Of a DNA stretch of 64,000 bases, positions 49,001 through 58,552 are shown in pieces. The notes beneath the pieces were generated by a model. The model searched no databases and had not been told where the DNA came from. It saw only the letters and a program-made list of their open reading frames with translations. The position numbers and the translations under genes are program-made. How positions within the stretch are numbered: position 1 is the first letter of the stretch; each line of letters begins with the position of its first letter. The stretch lies in sequence record NC_105514.1. The stretch is one strand, 5' to 3'. Origin of the DNA: Escherichia phage JLBYU40.

Positions 49001-49735
49001 AATAGCATATCCAGCAGCTTCTTGTAGTGATCTAGCAAGGGACTGAACAGGAGTACCTGTCTGAGTACCTACTATAACACCAAATTTTTCTAGACGATTT
49101 AGCTGATCACCTAGTTTAAGCTGTTCGAATGCAGATTGCAAAACGAAGATGTTGGAAGCAAGAGCTGCATACATAATAGGTAAACTACCACCGATTTTAG
49201 CCATTGCCGCAAAATCACGAGTTGCACCACGTGCTGAACCAGAAGTATTACCAATAGCTCTAGAAGCTCTACCAGCGGCACCAGCAGTATCATTAAAACC
49301 CCTAGCTGTGCCACCTAATGCTCTATTAGTATCATATAATCTATCCTGGACTTTTTCTGTTGCAGCTGCAACATCATTACCCATTGTTTTAACAGATCTA
49401 GAAACTCCATCGAATCCAATTTCTAGTTTATCTGTTACTTCAATAAGCTGGATAGCCAGGTAGTCTAGCTTATCACCAATACCATCAATGGATTTAGTGA
49501 TACCAGCCATACCCCTACTAGCTTGCATTTTAGTAAGACTTTTCGCTGCTCTGTCTGCTGCCCTCTCAATGGAATAAAGAGTTCTGGGCATTTTACCTAA
49601 CTGCTCATTTGTCAGTTCGGAAGCAGCAGCAGCATTTTCCAACGCATCAGATACGTTTTCAATAGACTTTGCAGTACGAGTTGCCCCCTTCTGTTTAACG
49701 TCTATTAGTAATTCTCGTATTAGCTTATCAGTCAT
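46055..49735 (-). CDS. Tail tape-measure protein (pb2-like)
   Basis: 1226 aa, long coiled-coil/alpha-helical content, C-terminal hydrophobic segment. Confidence 0.85.
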   Translation of the reverse strand: MTDKLIRELLIDVKQKGATRTAKSIENVSDALENAAAASELTNEQLGKMPRTLYSIERAADRAAKSLTKMQASRGMAGITKSIDGIGDKLDYLAIQLIEVTDKLEIGFDGVSRSVKTMGNDVAAATEKVQDRLYDTNRALGGTARGFNDTAGAAGRASRAIGNTSGSARGATRDFAAMAKIGGSLPIMYAALASNIFVLQSAFEQLKLGDQLNRLEKFGVIVGTQTGTPVQSLARSLQEAAGYAISFEEAMRQASSASAYGFDAEQLNKFGLVARRAAAVLGVDMTDALNRVIKGVSKQEIELLDELGVTIRLNDAYADYVKQLNAANTGITYNVNSLTTFQKQQAYANAVIAESTKRFGYLDEVLRATPWEQFAANADAALRKIQQAAAKYLGPVIDAINTVFYTSQASISAEAARAQEKTNRQIDPTNVGAVALSLAASEEGYNKALDMYKESLDKRNKLKSEFDKRMEQADFYTKLAIRQVGEGIPVGLAAAGASEANKQFVAETAAMGLQVTRLGKEVEDSTENLNAWKSAYQAAGAAAAKANPEFQKQINLQRDTTDPDAVYDFNSTVLKGLTEQQKAYNQTKKTASDLANDIQNVAQNTDTAAKTSATLADAIKNIESLSLGTGKSADEYVKNLNLGYNTLSEMKTASQALSEYVKLTGNETKNQLAVQQKIADVYNQTKDKEKAQEAGRRLELQQLEEQEAALRRVLQTNQGNKAVEKEIEKIQLEKLKLTNQGMEAQKKVKDYTDKILGVDREIALLNDRTMTTTQYRLAQLKLELTIEKEKYEWYTKQADKQKEAEQSRRAQAQISREIWEAEKQATASHVSALMDALEVSQTQRNVTGQSQILTERLSILQQQLELSKGNTEEEIKYRNEIYKTSAALEQLRKQRDIQMQQQVGSSVGAVYTPTTGLSGEDKDFADMQNRMASYDQAISKLSELNSEATAVAQSMGNLTNAMIQFSQGSLDTTSLIASGMQTVSSMIQYSTSQQVSAIDAAIAAEQKRDGKSEASKAKLKKLEAEKLKIQQDAAKKQIIIQTAVAVMQAATAVPYPFSIPLMVAAGLAGALALAQASSASGMSSIADSGADTTSYLTLGERQKNIDVSMSANAGELSYIRGDQGIGSANSFVPRAEGGNMYPGVSYQMGEHGTEVVTPMVPMKATPNDELKTSSNSTSGRPIILNISAMDAASFREFASSNSGALRDAVELALNENGASLKTLGNS

Positions 49736-49751
49736 GTTTTATTTTTCCCAA

Positions 49752-49783
49752 TAAAAAAGGCTCTGGGCAAATCACCCAGAGCC
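49752..49783 (-). terminator. Intrinsic terminator immediately upstream of the tape-measure start codon
   Basis: GGCTCTGGG-tgatttg-CCCAGAGCC then TTTTTT on the minus strand, then ATTGGGAAAAATAAAAC-ATG. Confidence 0.65.
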
Positions 49784-49818
49784 AAGCCTCATCGTGGAAC
49801 GCCCATTGGAGGAAACTT

Positions 49819-50187
49819 TTACCGTGCACGAGATCTAGCATGTGGCTTAACGTTAGGAATCCTTCCGTTTTGCGGTTTATGCTTCTCAGCACGTTTACGT
49901 GCAGCATCTACAGCTTTAGCATCAAATATATTGATAATGTGTAGAACAAATTCTTTCTCTATAGGATCAGTAATCCCATAAATATCAAATAAAACACCTA
50001 GAGCAGCCTTATCTTTACCTATAAAGATAGGAAAGTCACCTGGTATGAAGCAGTCAATTAGACTGTTATAAATATTCATACTAATAGATACAATAGGTGG
50101 AAAATCTTCGAGTTCAACAGGCATAGCCTTAGGATCAGGTTCTATACCCATTGACTCACAAAGTATTAAATATTGTTGTTTGGTCAT
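49819..50187 (-). CDS. Putative tail assembly chaperone
   Basis: 122 aa with basic tail; position between tube and tape-measure genes. Confidence 0.35.
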   Translation of the reverse strand: MTKQQYLILCESMGIEPDPKAMPVELEDFPPIVSISMNIYNSLIDCFIPGDFPIFIGKDKAALGVLFDIYGITDPIEKEFVLHIINIFDAKAVDAARKRAEKHKPQNGRIPNVKPHARSRAR

Positions 50188-50248
50188 TTTAGATGCTGAG
50201 CTTTTAATACATTTATCTGCAAAATCAGCAACAGCATCTAGGAGTTCT

Positions 50249-50668
50249 TTACGCTTTTGGGCTACGAAAAGTGTCTAAGTGGAACACTGTCTGGTTGATC
50301 CAAGAATCAAACGCAGCAGAGTTCTGCATGAGCATTACAGCATTATCGCGGCTAAAAGGAACTTCAGTAGCAGGATCAGCATCTGTTTCAATCAGCATCA
50401 GTTTTTCAACGTCACCTACAGTCAAACCGGTCCAACCTTTAATAGCTGCGTCAACGAAGGCTTCAATGAACTTATCATCATCCTGTACCTGAATCAAAGT
50501 ACCATTAACCCATTCATCGCGTTTAGCAGAAGAAATAACACGTTTAGAGGTAGCACGAGACATATAGTTAAGTTCTAATTTAAAGTTCGGCATACCTGGG
50601 TAGGAAAGAGTAATAGTACGAGTATCAAGAGTAATATCTTTTAAATTAATCATTTTTAATTTCTCCAA
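50249..50668 (-). CDS. Putative tail assembly chaperone (acidic)
   Basis: 139 aa; position. Confidence 0.35.
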   Translation of the reverse strand: MEKLKMINLKDITLDTRTITLSYPGMPNFKLELNYMSRATSKRVISSAKRDEWVNGTLIQVQDDDKFIEAFVDAAIKGWTGLTVGDVEKLMLIETDADPATEVPFSRDNAVMLMQNSAAFDSWINQTVFHLDTFRSPKA

Positions 50669-51548
50669 AGAAATCTATTCTCACTGGGTCTGAAGAAGCA
50701 GTAGGTATAATATCCCACTCAACTCTATACACATCTGAGAAATCTAGGCGTTTTGTAATACGTGCTGAAGGAAAATCTATAGAAATATTATTATTTCTTA
50801 TATTTAAAGGTACATCTGTCTCCGGTTCGATATTGTAAACCATATCTCCTGCAAAACGTTTTAAGTAATATAGAGAAATGGTTGCCGAAGCATTCATTTC
50901 ATTTACATAGGCTCTTTTATTATTATAAATTTTATTTATATCAAAAACACTCTTATCTTCTCTCCAGGAGCACTGCTGTTGGAAAGATAAAGAGGCAGAA
51001 AGAAGACCGGGTAAGATGCTACCATTAGTAGAAGCTATTACTGGGCTGTAAGACATTACTTCACCCTGTATAATAGAAGCTGCTTCCCTATACGTAGATA
51101 CTTCGGAAAATTTTCCCGATTCAATACCGACATTAAGAATTGGTATATTTTTATCTAAAGAAAAATCTACTGTAGATACATAGCAGTTCTCAAAATATAC
51201 ACAGTTATTATCCTTATTTACTATATAGATATTAAACATAATAGGTTCAATATTGCTACTATATAGTGGAAGTAGGAAAGTATTACCTTTTCTATCAAAA
51301 CCTAACCATTCAAAGAAGTTAGCTTCAGTAAGCGTATTACTAAAATTTACTGCTAGAGAGATAGAAGAAGGAGTTTGAGCATTTATAATAGAGTCTGCAT
51401 AGTTAGTTCTACGATGAACAGTTCTACGAAGAGTTTTAAACTCTTCGTAGGAGGTTTGTACATCATAGTTTGATAGGGCATCAAAATGAAATGCCCTACC
51501 ATCATACTCAACTATAACTTTTGACTCTCGCATTAGAGAGTAGTACAT
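50646..51548 (-). CDS. Tail protein (p140-like)
   Basis: 300 aa; synteny. Confidence 0.4.
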   Translation of the reverse strand: MYYSLMRESKVIVEYDGRAFHFDALSNYDVQTSYEEFKTLRRTVHRRTNYADSIINAQTPSSISLAVNFSNTLTEANFFEWLGFDRKGNTFLLPLYSSNIEPIMFNIYIVNKDNNCVYFENCYVSTVDFSLDKNIPILNVGIESGKFSEVSTYREAASIIQGEVMSYSPVIASTNGSILPGLLSASLSFQQQCSWREDKSVFDINKIYNNKRAYVNEMNASATISLYYLKRFAGDMVYNIEPETDVPLNIRNNNISIDFPSARITKRLDFSDVYRVEWDIIPTASSDPVRIDFFGEIKND

Positions 51549-51552
51549 TTAT

Positions 51553-52959
51553 TTAACCACCAGCACTAACTGTGATAGTTTTAGTACCTTCTACACCAGA
51601 ACCGTCTTTAGCTACAGCCTTCACAGTAACTGCACCAGTTTTAGAAGCATCAGCTGTTAATAACCCAGATTCTGCATCAATCGTAGCTGCGTTACCACTA
51701 GAAATAGACCAAGTTACAGCCTTATTAGTAGCTTCTGGAGGTGTTACCTCAACAGACATCTGTAAAGTATTACTATTTGTTACAGAAACAGCCTCACCTG
51801 CAGATTTAACTGTGATTGATTCAACTAGTTTTGGTGGAGTTTTAGCACCATCTCCTGTAGCAATCAGATTAGCCACAGTGGTTTTAGTATACTTGTTAGA
51901 AAAACCAAGATAACCTTCATCACCAGTATCCAGATCTGTAGGGATAGCTTTAAACTCTACTGAAGTACCAAGTACATCATCAGTCTCAATAGTAGGAATA
52001 TTAACATGCGCCTGTTTAGCAACTAACACAGCTGCCGGACGTTCATCATCGTATTCACCACCAAGGATAAGTGCAATCTCAAACTTGTTAACTACCTTAA
52101 GGGTTTTAATTAGATCTTTATATAGCTCCATAGATCCTAGAGCTTTATCGTTAAGGTAAGCTGTCAGAGAACCAGTTAGTTCAAATGCGCCAGTAAATGA
52201 ACCAATTGGAATATTTACACGGGACATAATATTTGGGGTTAGGTATGTGATGTTATTATTAATGGTGAAAGTACCACCAGTAATAGGGATATCATATGCC
52301 TTATCAGAATCCATATCCTTAATTTTCAGGATAGTCAGTTTGTTCTTAATATAAGAACTCTGAATAGTCATATAAGTTTCATCATCAATACCTACCACAT
52401 CTGGATCAAAGGGCTGAGCATCCAAAGGAATAAGCTGATTACCATTACCAGACCAAGTTACACGACCAATATCCTCAATATCAACGTTAACTTCTGCCTG
52501 GTTGATCTGGCAAGAGTCAATATAGCTCCATGCTTTGTCAGTAAGAATGTAGATGTGCAGCATAGCCAACTCATGATAAGAGTTATCTTTAAAGTTAACC
52601 ATGAAGTTAGCTTCATTATTATGCGCACCTGTGTCTCCCTCAAGGTTTAGTGCTTTACCACTAGAAAGAGCATGCCATAACATGTAGTCGGGAACAATCT
52701 GTTTATTAGAGGTTTTATCCTTGTATGGCAGGATATAAGTAGAAAAACTCCACTCAGCCGCATTTAAGGAATCGTTAAAACGTTTAGAACCACGAGTAGG
52801 ACGCGGACCAGCTTCGTTAACAGTAATATCTGTTGAGTTACTGTCCTGACCCCAAGAAATATCATCCTGAACTAGAATCTCTTGCGTGTTGGTCTTATCG
52901 TGACCAGTCTTAACCGTAGACACGAAGATTCGAGTATTACGTAATAGTTGTAAAGACAT
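51553..52959 (-). CDS. Major tail tube protein (pb6-like) with C-terminal Ig-like domain
   Basis: 468 aa; C-terminal BIG2-like ITVKSAGEAVSVTN...TVKAVAKDGSG; AGGAGAAAATAATTAA RBS. Confidence 0.7.
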   Translation of the reverse strand: MSLQLLRNTRIFVSTVKTGHDKTNTQEILVQDDISWGQDSNSTDITVNEAGPRPTRGSKRFNDSLNAAEWSFSTYILPYKDKTSNKQIVPDYMLWHALSSGKALNLEGDTGAHNNEANFMVNFKDNSYHELAMLHIYILTDKAWSYIDSCQINQAEVNVDIEDIGRVTWSGNGNQLIPLDAQPFDPDVVGIDDETYMTIQSSYIKNKLTILKIKDMDSDKAYDIPITGGTFTINNNITYLTPNIMSRVNIPIGSFTGAFELTGSLTAYLNDKALGSMELYKDLIKTLKVVNKFEIALILGGEYDDERPAAVLVAKQAHVNIPTIETDDVLGTSVEFKAIPTDLDTGDEGYLGFSNKYTKTTVANLIATGDGAKTPPKLVESITVKSAGEAVSVTNSNTLQMSVEVTPPEATNKAVTWSISSGNAATIDAESGLLTADASKTGAVTVKAVAKDGSGVEGTKTITVSAGG

Positions 52960-52985
52960 TTAATTATTTTCTCCTAATCTGTAAC

Positions 52986-53471
52986 TTATCTGCGAAGTGA
53001 CCTACGTGGAGGCTGATACCTCACTGTTACATTTATTTCTGCTAAACCATATGGGGCCAGTAGACCCTCATCTGTACTAACTGATGTAATGCTCATATCA
53101 GTCGCCTCACATGGGAAGGTCGATCCATTAGGTTTACTAACAGTATATTCTAAATTTCCACCTGTGTCAATAACGGTTTTTATATCCGCTACGAGTTTTT
53201 CAAGTTGCTCTTGAATGTCTGTTTTCTCTTTATCATACACCAGGATAGGAAGTTCTAAAAACATCCACTGTTGACCTGAGGGAAGATACTGCCCAGTTTC
53301 AGTTCCGATATGAACTGCAACATAAGGAAACTCTCGTATCTCCTCAAACTTATAAGTTTGACGTGAGACGTTTCCATACAAGTTATTAAAATATTCATCT
53401 GGTTGGGAGCCATCCATTTGTTTGGCTATTCGATCAACCAGAGCTTGTGCTATACTTGTTCTGTGATCCAT
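52986..53471 (-). CDS. Putative tail terminator/completion protein
   Basis: 161 aa; synteny. Confidence 0.4.
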   Translation of the reverse strand: MDHRTSIAQALVDRIAKQMDGSQPDEYFNNLYGNVSRQTYKFEEIREFPYVAVHIGTETGQYLPSGQQWMFLELPILVYDKEKTDIQEQLEKLVADIKTVIDTGGNLEYTVSKPNGSTFPCEATDMSITSVSTDEGLLAPYGLAEINVTVRYQPPRRSLRR

Positions 53472-53474
53472 TTA

Positions 53475-54242
53475 TTAGGTTCCTTGATTAACCTTAATTT
53501 TGTATCTGGAGTGAATTAAGTCTCTTGCAGCTTTAGCTATCGCCTCTCCAATTAATCTTTGAGGGTTTCTAGCACCTGGGTAGGGTCGTAATGACAATCT
53601 TCGATATGTGGATACTGCAGGATTAAATACTGAATATGGACGTACCATATAATTATATGTAACATTTAATTCAGGAGCACCTTTGCTAGTTCCAACATCT
53701 CTAAGCATAACATCTTTAACTTTTAGAGAATTTGCAAAACGACCTGTTCTAAATTTAAGTGGAGCTCCTGCTTTTTTCATATCCTTTATTAAGTATTCTT
53801 TAGCAACCAACTCCAGAATAACCTTCATATTGCTATTAGATACAAAACGTCCTGAAGCACCTGTTACTGCACCAGAATATCCATCTTCTACGTCTCTAGG
53901 ATCCCCAAAGTTTACTTGAACTCTACCGGTAGAACGTTTTTTACCTACAGAGGATTTTTTACCAGCAGTTGCTTGAATAAGACTTTCTAAAGCACCTAAG
54001 TCTCCTGTTAGATCTAAGCTAGAAGAAACTGCTTTTAGAATAGAAGCGGTCCTAACATTAAGGAGATCTTGGGATACAGGTTTTGAGAACTTAAAAGATA
54101 CCTGAGCAACAGTACCATCCCTAGTAGGATCTTTTAGTCCTGTTTCAACAGAATATACAACAGTATTCTTATTGTTCTCGGAACGTCCAACATTATCTAG
54201 CTGCTCCTTAATAATTTGTGTAGCTAAATCAGAAAGAGACAT
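53475..54242 (-). CDS. Putative neck/head-tail joining protein
   Basis: 255 aa; synteny. Confidence 0.35.
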   Translation of the reverse strand: MSLSDLATQIIKEQLDNVGRSENNKNTVVYSVETGLKDPTRDGTVAQVSFKFSKPVSQDLLNVRTASILKAVSSSLDLTGDLGALESLIQATAGKKSSVGKKRSTGRVQVNFGDPRDVEDGYSGAVTGASGRFVSNSNMKVILELVAKEYLIKDMKKAGAPLKFRTGRFANSLKVKDVMLRDVGTSKGAPELNVTYNYMVRPYSVFNPAVSTYRRLSLRPYPGARNPQRLIGEAIAKAARDLIHSRYKIKVNQGT

Positions 54243-54754
54243 TATACTCTCCTGTAAACTTCAATAATAGTACGAATATGCTCTGGAATACCAGACTTAG
54301 TATTATTAAAAGTAACTGTTTCTCCACCAATTGTTTTAGCTTGGCGATAATCCTGTTTGTGCCAATGATCTACTAGCATACATGCTGCAAGTTTGAGATC
54401 CTCAGGTATTGGATTAAATCCACCTTGTGTATATGCTACATCCATATAACCTTCTGGAGGATTAAATTTAAGAAGTATAACCCCATCAGAGTACAGCCTA
54501 TATTGCTCGGGGTCTATCTCCTTGTCGTTAATAGTCATTTTGGTTACTGAAGTAGCCGAGGGAGAACTTAAAAAGTATTTTTTACGAGTAGGTTTTGTAT
54601 TGATTAACTGGTCTACCGCATCAGCATCATCCATACCTAAAAGGCTAGTAATCAGCGCATTGGCAGCAGTAATCATCATCTCTACTCCAGATTCTAATTC
54701 AGGTCGTTTTAAACTACCATATAATCTATAATCTTCAGCTGTGATGATTTGCAT
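54242..54754 (-). CDS. Putative head completion protein
   Basis: 170 aa; first gene after the capsid terminator. Confidence 0.4.
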   Translation of the reverse strand: MQIITAEDYRLYGSLKRPELESGVEMMITAANALITSLLGMDDADAVDQLINTKPTRKKYFLSSPSATSVTKMTINDKEIDPEQYRLYSDGVILLKFNPPEGYMDVAYTQGGFNPIPEDLKLAACMLVDHWHKQDYRQAKTIGGETVTFNNTKSGIPEHIRTIIEVYRRV

Positions 54755-54768
54755 TTATTTTTCCCAAT

Positions 54769-54792
54769 AAAAAAGGAGAGCCGAAGCTCTCC
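54769..54792 (-). terminator. Intrinsic terminator after the major capsid gene
   Basis: GGAGAGC-ttcg-GCTCTCC then TTTTTT on the minus strand, then ATTGGGAAAAATAA-ATG. Confidence 0.75.
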
Positions 54793-54813
54793 TTATCGGC
54801 TGAAAAGCCTGTA

Positions 54814-56190
54814 TTAAGCGGTAGCGTAAGCACCGGATACAACACCATTACTAAAGTAACGTTGCAGGTTAACACGCTGAGTAACGTAGTACGCATCACG
54901 CTGTTTACCAGCTTGGCGCTCGCGTTCAACGGTGACAGCACGCTGACGTGGCATTACGAAGTTATCTTTATAAACGATAACTGCGAACTCTTTCTCAGCC
55001 GCTTTAGCTGGGAAGTACTCAGAAACTACAACCGGCAGACCATAAATACGACCAACCTGACCTTGCAGTTTAACAGCATCGTTACCAACCTGTGCAACAT
55101 CCTGCCATTCTTCATCTTCCAGCAGATCGTAGTAAGCATCCATAGATACGATCAGTACCAGTTTGCTCAGTTTCAGACCATGACGGCCCAGTTTACGACG
55201 CAGTTTAGAGATAGTTTTAGCAGTTACCAGAACAGTACCATCAGCTTTAGCTTCAGTAGTAACTTTAGCACCATCATCTTCAGCCAGTTTCAACAGACCT
55301 TTCGGCTTACCAGTACCATCACCAGTCATAAAAGCTTCTTCGATAGAAACAGCGTGTGCTTCAATCAGACGCTTACGCAGCAGCGGCAGCAGGGAGAAGA
55401 TTGCATCTTCTTCAGTTTCATCAGTAATGAAGGACTTAGCAGCCAGTTTGTAGGTTTTAAAACTAATTTCAGTTAAGGTACCTTTAACTTCGTTACCAAC
55501 AGTAGCATCAGTACCGTAGGAACCAGCATCTACCCAAGTAGCTTTTCCAGCTTCAGGTTCAACCAGCATAGTAAGAATTTTGCTGGACATTGGCAGTTCA
55601 TCGAACAGTGCACCAACTACTAACTCTTTCTGTAGGTCACGAAGGATACGGGTAGAGAAAATAGTTTCGTAGTTTTCACTGGAAACCTGTACAGAGGAAG
55701 AAGTATTAACAGCTTTAACGTGGGCCTTACCATGTTCAGTTTCAAATACATCCTTCTCCATCATATAAGACAGGAGAACTAGTTTCTCAACTTCATCTTC
55801 AAAAGCTTCCTGAGTACCATACAGTGCTTTAGCTACGCTATCACCTACGAAGGAACGACCTTCACGAGCTGCTAGCAGAGATTTAATTTCATCCTGAAGA
55901 CCAACAATGGTTTCCTGCTGCTTTTCTACAGTCTGTGCGAACAGTTCTGCACTCTTTTTAGATTTTTCATCCAGGGACTTAACCAGTTCCAGAGCTTGTT
56001 CCAGTTTCTGACGATCTTCGCCAACTGCTTTAGAAACCAGGTCATTCATACGAGCCAGTTCTTTTTCTTCCTGCTCTTTACGCATACGTTCAGCTTCCTG
56101 AGCTTTCTGAGCAGCAGTCAGACCTTCCAGAGATTTAGCCAGATCACCCAGACCAAGTTCTTCTTTCAGCTTATTAATATCAATAGTCAT
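54814..56190 (-). CDS. Major capsid protein precursor with N-terminal scaffold-like coiled-coil domain
   Basis: 458 aa; N-terminal 150 aa charged coiled coil; downstream of the protease gene. Confidence 0.8.
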   Translation of the reverse strand: MTIDINKLKEELGLGDLAKSLEGLTAAQKAQEAERMRKEQEEKELARMNDLVSKAVGEDRQKLEQALELVKSLDEKSKKSAELFAQTVEKQQETIVGLQDEIKSLLAAREGRSFVGDSVAKALYGTQEAFEDEVEKLVLLSYMMEKDVFETEHGKAHVKAVNTSSSVQVSSENYETIFSTRILRDLQKELVVGALFDELPMSSKILTMLVEPEAGKATWVDAGSYGTDATVGNEVKGTLTEISFKTYKLAAKSFITDETEEDAIFSLLPLLRKRLIEAHAVSIEEAFMTGDGTGKPKGLLKLAEDDGAKVTTEAKADGTVLVTAKTISKLRRKLGRHGLKLSKLVLIVSMDAYYDLLEDEEWQDVAQVGNDAVKLQGQVGRIYGLPVVVSEYFPAKAAEKEFAVIVYKDNFVMPRQRAVTVERERQAGKQRDAYYVTQRVNLQRYFSNGVVSGAYATA

Positions 56191-56207
56191 TTTTAAATAA
56201 TTCTCCG

Positions 56208-56840
56208 TTATTCTTTAACGTAGCCTAAAGCTATCGCAAGTTTTTCTAGTTCAGAAAGATTACGTTCTTGAGCTGGGACAGCTTTAGAACTTATTGCAGT
56301 AAAAGATTTACGCCATTCAGTATAATCATGACCATTCATGCTCTTAGCGAGATTGAATGTTGAGTCCTGATTACAAGGTACAGAAACTACCGAAACTTCG
56401 TATAGTTCTAAATCTTTAATAATAAATATATCAGTAGCTTCATCCCACTCTGCATCTAGGCAGCGGAATCCGATACTAAAAGTTTTCAGTACACCGTTTT
56501 TAATTAGTGAAAAGATAGCCGGATCGGAACTTTCATAGATCTCACATTCGATTTCAAGACCCATTTCAGTAGGGTTAAGATCAATACACTTACCGATTGG
56601 ACGACGATGATCGTGTCCGAAAAGAATAATCGGGTTTTTCATATAGTTAGTAAGTGCATTAGACGTTTTCCACGCAGAAGCAGGAATTACGTCACCAGCG
56701 CGATCTTTACTAATTGTATTAGCGAATCCACGGATTTTTACAACGCCCTCTTTGGATTCGCTATCAATAGATTTAATATAAGCATCTAAATGAACGGGTG
56801 CTGATTTTAACTTGTTATAGTCAATAGCAGCTTGTGTCAT
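56208..56840 (-). CDS. Prohead protease
   Basis: 210 aa between decoration/portal and capsid genes. Confidence 0.6.
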   Translation of the reverse strand: MTQAAIDYNKLKSAPVHLDAYIKSIDSESKEGVVKIRGFANTISKDRAGDVIPASAWKTSNALTNYMKNPIILFGHDHRRPIGKCIDLNPTEMGLEIECEIYESSDPAIFSLIKNGVLKTFSIGFRCLDAEWDEATDIFIIKDLELYEVSVVSVPCNQDSTFNLAKSMNGHDYTEWRKSFTAISSKAVPAQERNLSELEKLAIALGYVKE

Positions 56841-56843
56841 TTA

Positions 56844-57338
56844 TTAGCCTCCAGGAACAGTAGGATTAACTGTCACAGCACATGTAGTAGAGTCCTTGCT
56901 TACTTGCTTACTATCTGTCACAGTTACTTTATAGGCTCCAGAATCCTCCGTAGCTGCTGCAGGCTTAGTATAGGTAGCTCCTGAAGCACCAGGAATAGGA
57001 GAACCATCTTTAGTCCATGCATAAGTATATGGACCAGTACCCCCAGTTGCAGTAACAGAAAGTGTTAATGCTGCTCCCTCTTCAACTGACATGCTAGCAG
57101 TTAAATCTTTAGAAAGAGTTAATGGTGGAGCCGGTGGAGCAGGAGGAACTGCTTTACCATAAGCCTCTACAAATTTCTTCCATACTTTACGGTTAGTATG
57201 CGCAGATGAAAGCCCTAGTTCTCTACGCAGAAAAGCATAGCTAGGAACATATTTATGCGCAGCAACCGTAGCAAAGAAGATATGAGATTCTGGCAGTTTT
57301 TCACCAAAAATGGTCTTTAGACCATTATAATCAATCAT
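56844..57338 (-). CDS. Capsid decoration protein with C-terminal Ig-like domain
   Basis: 164 aa; Pro-rich linker PPAPPAPP then I-set-like YTYAWTKDGSPIPGASGATY...EDSGAYKVTVTD. Confidence 0.55.
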   Translation of the reverse strand: MIDYNGLKTIFGEKLPESHIFFATVAAHKYVPSYAFLRRELGLSSAHTNRKVWKKFVEAYGKAVPPAPPAPPLTLSKDLTASMSVEEGAALTLSVTATGGTGPYTYAWTKDGSPIPGASGATYTKPAAATEDSGAYKVTVTDSKQVSKDSTTCAVTVNPTVPGG

Positions 57339-58552
57339 TCTTTATCTCCCTCGGTGGAACCTTGAGGTCTACCACCTTCTTGACCAGATACACCTGTTGC
57401 AGAACCAGCAACGTTAGCAGGAATACGAATCCTATCCATCTGCTCATCATCTAAAGGTTCAAGGTTCAGCTCTAAACGAGCTTCGTTACCAGTCATAATA
57501 CCATTATTAACCAATGAGGTTAAATGTTTAGCCTCAGCTTCTTTATCTGGTGTTAATGCAGCTACCTCCTTAGTATTAGGGGTAATCTTATAACCAAAAA
57601 AGAAAGTAAGAGAACTAGTCAGTTTGTTCAGCATAGGAATGATAGTCATATAATAGAACAATTCGATGTTTGGTCGAATGTTCGCATTATTACCACCATC
57701 AAGCAGTACTTGCGGAACTCCAAAGGCTAGACAAATAGATTTATTAAATCCTTCGATGTCTTCCTTAAAGTCTAGATCTTTAAAAGAGGATATTTGGGAG
57801 TACGGTTTAGCTTTCATACCACCATCTAGAATCAGGACAGAAGACTGACCCGTACTAGGATTATAATCGAGTTGTAATTCTTCTTGTTTACGCTCTCGCA
57901 ATTTCTTGTTCAGGATTTCATCCGTCTCAAGAATAAGACCAATCACGGTTCCGTTATCTAGGAATTTCTCTTTAAAGTTAAGCATTTTAGAACGCTTTTC
58001 AAGAGAGTCAATAACAGTAGCAACACGAGATTGTCCAGAAATTTGAGAATTTGTGCCACACACGTAACTGTTATCCTTTATAAAGATAATCTCATCTACG
58101 CGATAGTCTATCTGATTATTAAATATAAATTTTTTGATAAACTTATTGGCATCTGCCTCGACCTGCATAAGAGCGGCCGGGACATGGTAAAGCGATGTGC
58201 CATCCCAATAGATGTATGCACAACCTTCAAAAAGTAGGTCAGTGACTACAAGTCTACGGAATGTGCTTATATCCATGAATGGATTAGGTCGTACATTTAA
58301 GAGAGTGTCTAGAGTCTTTGTTTTGACGCCATTAGCGTACGTAACAATATTATATTTATCTCCGACAGTATAAGAACACTCCGCCGCACTATCTATAACC
58401 ATATTGGCAGTTCGATTGAGAATCTCAATCTTGCTATAGGCTTGTCCAGTGGTAAAAGGCTTACGGTTAGTGCGATGACTAACTGGTTCCATGTCTCTTA
58501 TAATACGTTGACCCGGATTTAACTTTTCAGTAATCCAGCTTTTAAAACCCAT
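57335..58552 (-). CDS. Portal protein
   Basis: 405 aa; position between terminase and protease. Confidence 0.75.
   Translation of the reverse strand: MGFKSWITEKLNPGQRIIRDMEPVSHRTNRKPFTTGQAYSKIEILNRTANMVIDSAAECSYTVGDKYNIVTYANGVKTKTLDTLLNVRPNPFMDISTFRRLVVTDLLFEGCAYIYWDGTSLYHVPAALMQVEADANKFIKKFIFNNQIDYRVDEIIFIKDNSYVCGTNSQISGQSRVATVIDSLEKRSKMLNFKEKFLDNGTVIGLILETDEILNKKLRERKQEELQLDYNPSTGQSSVLILDGGMKAKPYSQISSFKDLDFKEDIEGFNKSICLAFGVPQVLLDGGNNANIRPNIELFYYMTIIPMLNKLTSSLTFFFGYKITPNTKEVAALTPDKEAEAKHLTSLVNNGIMTGNEARLELNLEPLDDEQMDRIRIPANVAGSATGVSGQEGGRPQGSTEGDKE

Noticed and set aside
54862-55476. 204-aa plus-strand ORF
   Set aside because: Antisense inside the major capsid gene; no promoter or RBS.
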